Positions 58,702 to 64,000 of a DNA stretch of 64,000 nucleotides are shown one piece after another. The notes beneath the pieces were generated by a model. The model saw only the letters and a list, made by a program, of their open reading frames with translations. It was not told the origin of the DNA and ran no database searches. The first letter of the stretch is position 1, and every line of letters begins with the position of its first letter. Source of the DNA: Deltaproteobacteria bacterium (GTDB taxonomy: Bacteria; Desulfobacterota; Desulfobacteria; Desulfobacterales; QNYZ01); contig QNYZ01000036.1 in the NCBI GenBank assembly GCA_003973265.1, positions 3,434-67,433 on the forward strand, read 5' to 3'. The translations under genes were made by a program, and so were the position numbers.

Positions 58702-60294
58702 TTATTTAACCGTCACATAATAAAGCATAAACTGGTTATCGGCCCGCTGGACCAGGTTGATATTGTCCTTTTTACCCCAGGCCAGCGCCTGCTGATGAAG
58801 GGGGATATAGCCGATATCGTTGTTGAGAAGCTCGTAGGCTTCCTTGATCATCTGGTTCCGCTTGTTTAGATCCGTTTCGCTCAGGATTTGGTCGGTCAGC
58901 TCATCGATCCTGACATTGGCGTAACCGCCCAGGTTGAATTTTCCCCGACCGGATTCCTTATCGCGGCTGTCGATCAGATTGTAGAGGACATTGTAGCTGT
59001 CAAAACTCGACGGCGTCCATCCCAGCAGATAAAACTCAGTATCATAGGCCAATACTTTCTTAAAGTATTGTGCCTTGGGCTGGGCTTTCAGGTTTACTTT
59101 TACACCAACTTTAGCCAGCATGGAGACCACTGCCTGGCAGATCTGTTCGTCGTTCACATAGCGATTATTGGGGCAGTCCATACATAGATTAAAACCATCC
59201 GGATATCCGGCCTCGGCCAGTAGTTTTTTAGCGGCCGCAGGATCGTAGGGCAGCCGTTTGAAATCCTTGCCAAACGGCTGAAACAACTTGGGCGATATCA
59301 TGATCGCCGACGGTTCACTCAGACCCCGCATGATTTTTTTCTTGATGGCATCGATATTGATCGCCTGGTAAAAAGCCTGGCGCACCCGCTTGTCTTTTAG
59401 CGGATTTTTCCCTTTAATATTGGAACACTTAAGCTCGTCATCCGCCTGGTTGAATCCCAGAAAAATCGTCCGCAGTTCCGGGCCGGACAACACCGATGTG
59501 CCTGGATGGTCGTTGACCCGCTTGATGTCCTGAACCGGTACCGGATACATCATGTCGATTTCGCCGGACAGCAGGGCTGCAACCCGGGTGGCATCTGAAG
59601 AAATGGGCGTAAAAATGACTTCGGTGAGATTGTGTTTGGGTGTATCCCACCATCCATCAAACGGCTTCATGACCGTCTTTACATCGGTTTGTCTTTCCGT
59701 GATGACAAAAGGACCGGTTCCATTTTCATGACGGGTGGCATAATTCTCTTTACCTGATTTTATGTTGGTCGATTCAACAGCGTCATTTTTTTCACACCAC
59801 TCCTTGTCCATCATGTACCAGGTGGACCATTCGGATATCAGGATGGGATTGGGTTGGGTGGTAATAAAATCGACGGTATAATCATCGATCTTGACGACTT
59901 CCTTGATCGTGGATACCCGGGTTTTGAAATCAGACCCCTCGGACCGGGTTCTTGCGACGGTGAATATCACGTCATCCGCATTAAAATCATTACCGTTATG
60001 AAATTTAACCCCTTTGCGCAGGTAAAAGCGCCAGCGGGTCGGCTCCACCATTTTCCAGCGCTCGGCCAGGCACGGCTCGGTTTTCAGATCCGGTCCTCTT
60101 CGAACCAGCCCTTCGTAGACGTTGCCAAGAAAACCGATCAGAAATGTTTCATTTAAAGAATGGGGGTCCAGGGAATTGGCATCCCCCTGGAACGCCCACT
60201 TAAAAGTTTTAGCTGAGGCCGAGCCGGGAAATACCGTCAGCGCCAATCCGACAACCAGAACGGCCGTCATGAGCAGCAATAGCTTTTTTCGCAT
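58702..60294 (-). CDS. Family 5 (DppA/OppA-like) substrate-binding protein
   Basis: Signal peptide; SLDPH, LRKGVKFHNG, GTGPF, RVRQA. Confidence 0.92.
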   Translation of the reverse strand: MRKKLLLLMTAVLVVGLALTVFPGSASAKTFKWAFQGDANSLDPHSLNETFLIGFLGNVYEGLVRRGPDLKTEPCLAERWKMVEPTRWRFYLRKGVKFHNGNDFNADDVIFTVARTRSEGSDFKTRVSTIKEVVKIDDYTVDFITTQPNPILISEWSTWYMMDKEWCEKNDAVESTNIKSGKENYATRHENGTGPFVITERQTDVKTVMKPFDGWWDTPKHNLTEVIFTPISSDATRVAALLSGEIDMMYPVPVQDIKRVNDHPGTSVLSGPELRTIFLGFNQADDELKCSNIKGKNPLKDKRVRQAFYQAINIDAIKKKIMRGLSEPSAIMISPKLFQPFGKDFKRLPYDPAAAKKLLAEAGYPDGFNLCMDCPNNRYVNDEQICQAVVSMLAKVGVKVNLKAQPKAQYFKKVLAYDTEFYLLGWTPSSFDSYNVLYNLIDSRDKESGRGKFNLGGYANVRIDELTDQILSETDLNKRNQMIKEAYELLNNDIGYIPLHQQALAWGKKDNINLVQRADNQFMLYYVTVK

Positions 60295-60434
60295 GGTTTC
60301 TACCTCCTTTTAGATAATTGATCTGGCATTCCGGTATCATGTCTGAATGCCTGACCTGCCTGCGTTGATAGATTCTCCTATTGTTTTTTAACAATGGAGA
60401 TCCGGAATGTTTTTGCTGTTATATCGCTGTTATA

Positions 60435-61547
60435 TCAAGGGACAACTCCCGGCGCTTTTTCCATAAACGCATCCAGCCGGTCGTAGAGCGCAAACAGGCT
60501 GTCGAGCCGGACATGCTCTGTCAGGGTATGGGCGCTGTTATCGCCTTCCGGTCCCCACACAATTCCCCGTATGCCCCGCACAGATAAAAACCGGGCGTCG
60601 CTGGCGCCGTGCTCGTTACCCACAACGATATCGCCGTACATATCGACGAGCAGGTCCAGATAGGGCGATTCTCCGCCGAGAAACATCGGTTCCTTTTCTT
60701 CAATCACCAGCTCTCCGCTAGTTTTTTCCTGCAGCAACCGGAACAGTGTTTCCGGATCATCATCTTCTGTATACCGGATGTCGAATATCGCTTCGGCCCG
60801 GTCGGGTACCTGATTGAAAGATTGACCCGCCTGGATCTTGGAAAAATTCAAGGTCCGGTGCCAGTGACCGGGACCGGTCTGATTGAATTCAGCCTTGATG
60901 GTGTTAAAGTCGGCAATCAGGTTTTCAATGGCATTTTCACCCAGCCACGGCCGGGCACCATGGGCGCTTTTTCCGTTGGCGATCAGTTTTAAGGTGAGCA
61001 ACCCTTTTTCCCTGGAGACCACCTTGTTCAGGGTGCCGCCGTCCAGGGCGATACAAAAATCAACCTTGACATCGGCCAGCACTTTTTCGGCACCGTCATG
61101 GCCGCCGACCTCCTCGTCACTGGTTATCAGTATTCCGAACGGCAGGGCATCGACCCCCTTGCCTGCTTTTTCAAGGCGCTGGATATGTTCTTTCAGGAGC
61201 ACCAGTGACAATGCCGCCGCATACTTATCATCGATGGCGCCCCGGCCGTAGAGGCTTCCGTCTTTTTCAGCCGGGTCAAAAAGTGATTCCGGCGCGTCAA
61301 CCACATCAATATGACTCATCAACAGGATGGGGGCATCATCCGGCCGGGGGAGGATCAGGATGGATGGGTACCCGTTGTGCTCAAATGTCTGGTGGTGGAT
61401 ATGATGGCCTTTCAGATAGTCCGAAATAAAATCGGCACACCGATGAATCTCATCGGGTGCCGAGTGCATGGTTTTAAATCGGATCAGGTCTTTTGTCAGG
61501 CGAAGGATTTCCGCCGCAGTAGTTGGATGAATTGTCTTGTTTTCCAT
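60435..61547 (-). CDS. M20/ArgE/DapE-family metallopeptidase
   Basis: SHIDVV, GRGAIDDK, SDEEVGG, SAHGARP, AHTLTE. Confidence 0.88.
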   Translation of the reverse strand: MENKTIHPTTAAEILRLTKDLIRFKTMHSAPDEIHRCADFISDYLKGHHIHHQTFEHNGYPSILILPRPDDAPILLMSHIDVVDAPESLFDPAEKDGSLYGRGAIDDKYAAALSLVLLKEHIQRLEKAGKGVDALPFGILITSDEEVGGHDGAEKVLADVKVDFCIALDGGTLNKVVSREKGLLTLKLIANGKSAHGARPWLGENAIENLIADFNTIKAEFNQTGPGHWHRTLNFSKIQAGQSFNQVPDRAEAIFDIRYTEDDDPETLFRLLQEKTSGELVIEEKEPMFLGGESPYLDLLVDMYGDIVVGNEHGASDARFLSVRGIRGIVWGPEGDNSAHTLTEHVRLDSLFALYDRLDAFMEKAPGVVP

Positions 61548-61768
61548 AAATTTCCGTATCCAGATTATTTATTAATGATTATATTTATCCCGAAGTGATC
61601 GATATATAAACAGGATTCACCCATAGTTAAATCCCTGCCGGATGTCAAGCAGCGGATTTCAAGCAGCGGGCAACAGTCAGAATCTCAGAACAGATCGCAA
61701 AACCACCGGGGTGAACCGATTTTTCCTGCGACCTTTTCATTTCCTTAAAGACCGGTTAAACTGATAAA

Positions 61769-62548
61769 ATGGTTTCTTCGCATTCCAGACGAAAAAAGAA
61801 ACGACGAAAAAACAAACCCTCTTCCAGGAAGGGATGGGCCCGGCGCCTATCCACGGTTTTTTTTCGCATCCTGGCAGGATGTCTACTCATCAGCTTTTTG
61901 TCTGTTCTGTCCCTGCGCTGGATGAACCCGCCGGCCAGCATGATGATGATCCTTCAACGTTATGATGCAGCGGTGGGTCACCGAACAGATTTCCGTATCG
62001 ATTACCGCTGGGTGAACTGGGTAGAGATCGCCGATTATCTTCCCCTGGCTATCATTGCCGCCGAAGACCAGAAATTTGCCACCCATCATGGGTTTGATTT
62101 TGATTCCATTGCCGACGCCGTTAAGACCCGGATGCGCGGTGGCCGCCTGCGCGGGGCGTCCACCATTTCCCAGCAGGTGGCCAAAAACCTTTTTCTCTGG
62201 CCGGGAAAATCCCTGCTGCGCAAGGGAATCGAGGCGTATTTTACTGCATTGATCGAGATGCTCTGGAGCAAACAGCGCATTCTGGAAGTGTATATGAACA
62301 TCGCTGAATTCGGCGATGGTATTTTTGGCGTGGAGGCGGCCAGCCGGAGATTTTTTAAAAAACCGGCCCGGCGGATTCGTCTGGGAGAGGCGGCGCGACT
62401 CGCGGCTGTATTACCGAACCCCAGGGCCATGCGCCCCGATCACCCGTCACCGCATGTAGCCAGACGCGCCCGGTGGATCCGACGTCAGATGGGACGGATG
62501 GGTGGCAGGCATGTGATAGACAATATTCAAATACATCACGCCCGCTAA
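61769..62548 (+). CDS. mtgA: Monofunctional peptidoglycan transglycosylase
   Basis: AEDQKFATHHGFD, RGASTISQQVAKNLFL, RKGIE, KQRILEVYMN. Confidence 0.95.
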   Translation: MVSSHSRRKKKRRKNKPSSRKGWARRLSTVFFRILAGCLLISFLSVLSLRWMNPPASMMMILQRYDAAVGHRTDFRIDYRWVNWVEIADYLPLAIIAAEDQKFATHHGFDFDSIADAVKTRMRGGRLRGASTISQQVAKNLFLWPGKSLLRKGIEAYFTALIEMLWSKQRILEVYMNIAEFGDGIFGVEAASRRFFKKPARRIRLGEAARLAAVLPNPRAMRPDHPSPHVARRARWIRRQMGRMGGRHVIDNIQIHHAR

Positions 62549-62747
62549 AAAATATGCTTTTCGGTTTTTTAAGGTGGTGGCCGGAAGGTATGCATGGTAA
62601 ACTTGTAGAAAGAGTGGGCGCTGCCATAAAAAAGCATTGCCCGTTAAACGGATTTATTATCCTCGCCTGAACATTCAACCGGCCCGCAGGCGCAGCGCCG
62701 GGTTTACCGTTGCACCGGATCGAATAATCTATCATTTTAAGGTAGCC

Positions 62748-64000
62748 ATGGATCGATTCAACACAAGCAGTATCTCCGATTTCAGTAAATGGGTGGAAGA
62801 AGCTGGAAACGGCGTGGTCATGATTGACCATCGCGGGATGATCATGGTTTTCAACCGCATTGCCCGAAGACTGCTCGGTAAATCTCTTGTCAACCCTGTG
62901 GGTCGTTTTATCAAGGATATTTTTCCTGATTCATGGGATGATCTAAAAAATATTCTAAGCAGTGGTCAGGCCCAGATCGCCAAACGGGTGGAGTTCGAAA
63001 ACGGCACCATTATCGCCAATCGGACGCCGATTATGGAAAAGGGTCGACCCGTGGGCGTGCTCAGCATTTTTCAGGATATTGGCGAATATGAACGCATCCT
63101 GACACAGCTTGAAGCCTACAAGCAACTGAATGAGGAACTGAACGTCATCATCAACTCTTCCTATGATGGACTCTGGATTTGCGATCACGAGGGGAAAGTT
63201 ATCCGGGTCAACCGTGCCTCTGAAAAAATGAGCGGACTCAAGCAGTCGGATGTACTGGGAAAAAAGATGGAAGAGCTGGTACAAGAGGGTTTTTTTGACA
63301 AATCTGCCACCCTGGAAGTGCTAAAGCTCCGTACGGCCGTAACCCTCATCCAGAAAATCAAGGGGGGGCGGCATGCCATGGTAACGGGCAACCCCGTGAA
63401 AGATGCGGAGGGAAATATTCGCCTGGTCGTGGTAAATGCCCGGGATATTTCCGAGTTGAACCGCCTGCAGGCGGAACTCGAACAAAGCCGTCAGCTCAAC
63501 TATCAATACAGTTCCGAACTCAACCACCTCCATCGCTACCAACACCAGCATGCCAAGGTGATCTTCCGTAGCCCGATCATGAAACGTATCTTTGAAACTG
63601 CCATGCGCGTGGCCCGGGTGGACTCCAGCGTGCTTATCTCTGGCGAATCTGGCGTTGGAAAAGGACTCTTTGCAAAACTGATTCACGAGGCCTCCAGCCG
63701 GGCCGATGCCTCGCTGATTCATATCAACTGTGGCGCCATACCGGAAACCCTGATTGAGGCAGAACTTTTCGGATATGAAAAGGGGGCTTTTACCGGTGCC
63801 TGCACCCGTGGCAAACCCGGTTATTTCGAAATGGCTGACGGTGGAACCCTTCTGCTCGATGAAATTGGAGAACTGCCCCTCAGTGTCCAGGTAAAACTGC
63901 TCCAGTTTTTAGAGGACAATCGCTTCATGCGAATCGGTTCGACCCAAACACGAAAGATCGACACCCGTATTATTGCCGCCACCAATCGCGAACTGGAAGA
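62748..64000 (+). CDS. PAS-PAS sigma54-dependent transcriptional activator (3' end runs off the window)
   Basis: Not in the ORF track. Manual reading from ATG 62748 gives two PAS domains, GESGVGK, INCGAIP, ELFGYEKGAFTGA, LDEIGELP. Confidence 0.92.
   Translation, partial: MDRFNTSSISDFSKWVEEAGNGVVMIDHRGMIMVFNRIARRLLGKSLVNPVGRFIKDIFPDSWDDLKNILSSGQAQIAKRVEFENGTIIANRTPIMEKGRPVGVLSIFQDIGEYERILTQLEAYKQLNEELNVIINSSYDGLWICDHEGKVIRVNRASEKMSGLKQSDVLGKKMEELVQEGFFDKSATLEVLKLRTAVTLIQKIKGGRHAMVTGNPVKDAEGNIRLVVVNARDISELNRLQAELEQSRQLNYQYSSELNHLHRYQHQHAKVIFRSPIMKRIFETAMRVARVDSSVLISGESGVGKGLFAKLIHEASSRADASLIHINCGAIPETLIEAELFGYEKGAFTGACTRGKPGYFEMADGGTLLLDEIGELPLSVQVKLLQFLEDNRFMRIGSTQTRKIDTRIIAATNRELE

Noticed and set aside
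61645..61669. Direct repeat TCAAGCAGCGG x2
   Set aside because: Only two adjacent copies; a small duplication, not a CRISPR array or iteron set.
1..64000. CRISPR arrays, tRNA/rRNA genes, selenocysteine read-through in the redox genes
   Set aside because: No regularly spaced repeats or structural RNA signatures were seen by eye; the Hdr/Glp frames are complete without an in-frame TGA.

Overview
A gene-dense, moderately GC-rich bacterial chromosome segment. Gene content (Hdr-like proteins, sigma54 activator, PAS-rich kinase) suggests an anaerobic Desulfobacterota or Desulfobacterales-like sulfate reducer; this assignment is inference. From left to right: (1) partial cardiolipin synthase, a DUF202 protein and a PfkB kinase. 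(2) A complete glycerol regulon: glpA-glpB-[NarI-like heme b / CxxCH heme c / 4x4Fe-4S fusion]-hdrB-glpK, divergent from glpR and a Rhizobium-type glpSTPQUV ABC importer, with GlpR-like boxes. (3) A LIV-type ABC importer, K+ channel, ArsR/SmtB plus metal permease, polyferredoxin and GntR. (4) A cysteine desulfurase-family gene, then a second LIV importer followed by a URO-D-like TIM barrel, an FGGY kinase and an AroK-like kinase of unknown pathway. (5) A patchy accessory zone (about 37-53 kb) with a Rossmann-PAS-PAS-GAF-PAS kinase, orphan ecfT, an IS remnant, an AT-rich MarR/flavodoxin pair, a CoA-disulfide reductase-rhodanese fusion, a GH114 hydrolase, several pseudogene fragments, and an orphan HlyC-family acyltransferase behind a sigma54 promoter. 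(6) A dpp/opp importer with two M20 hydrolases, mtgA and a partial sigma54 activator. The best candidates for undescribed systems are the GlpAB-to-membrane-HdrBC module, the LIV/URO-D-like/two-kinase operon, and the sigma54-controlled orphan HlyC. No rRNA, tRNA or CRISPR array was seen. All calls come from reading motifs; no database search was run.
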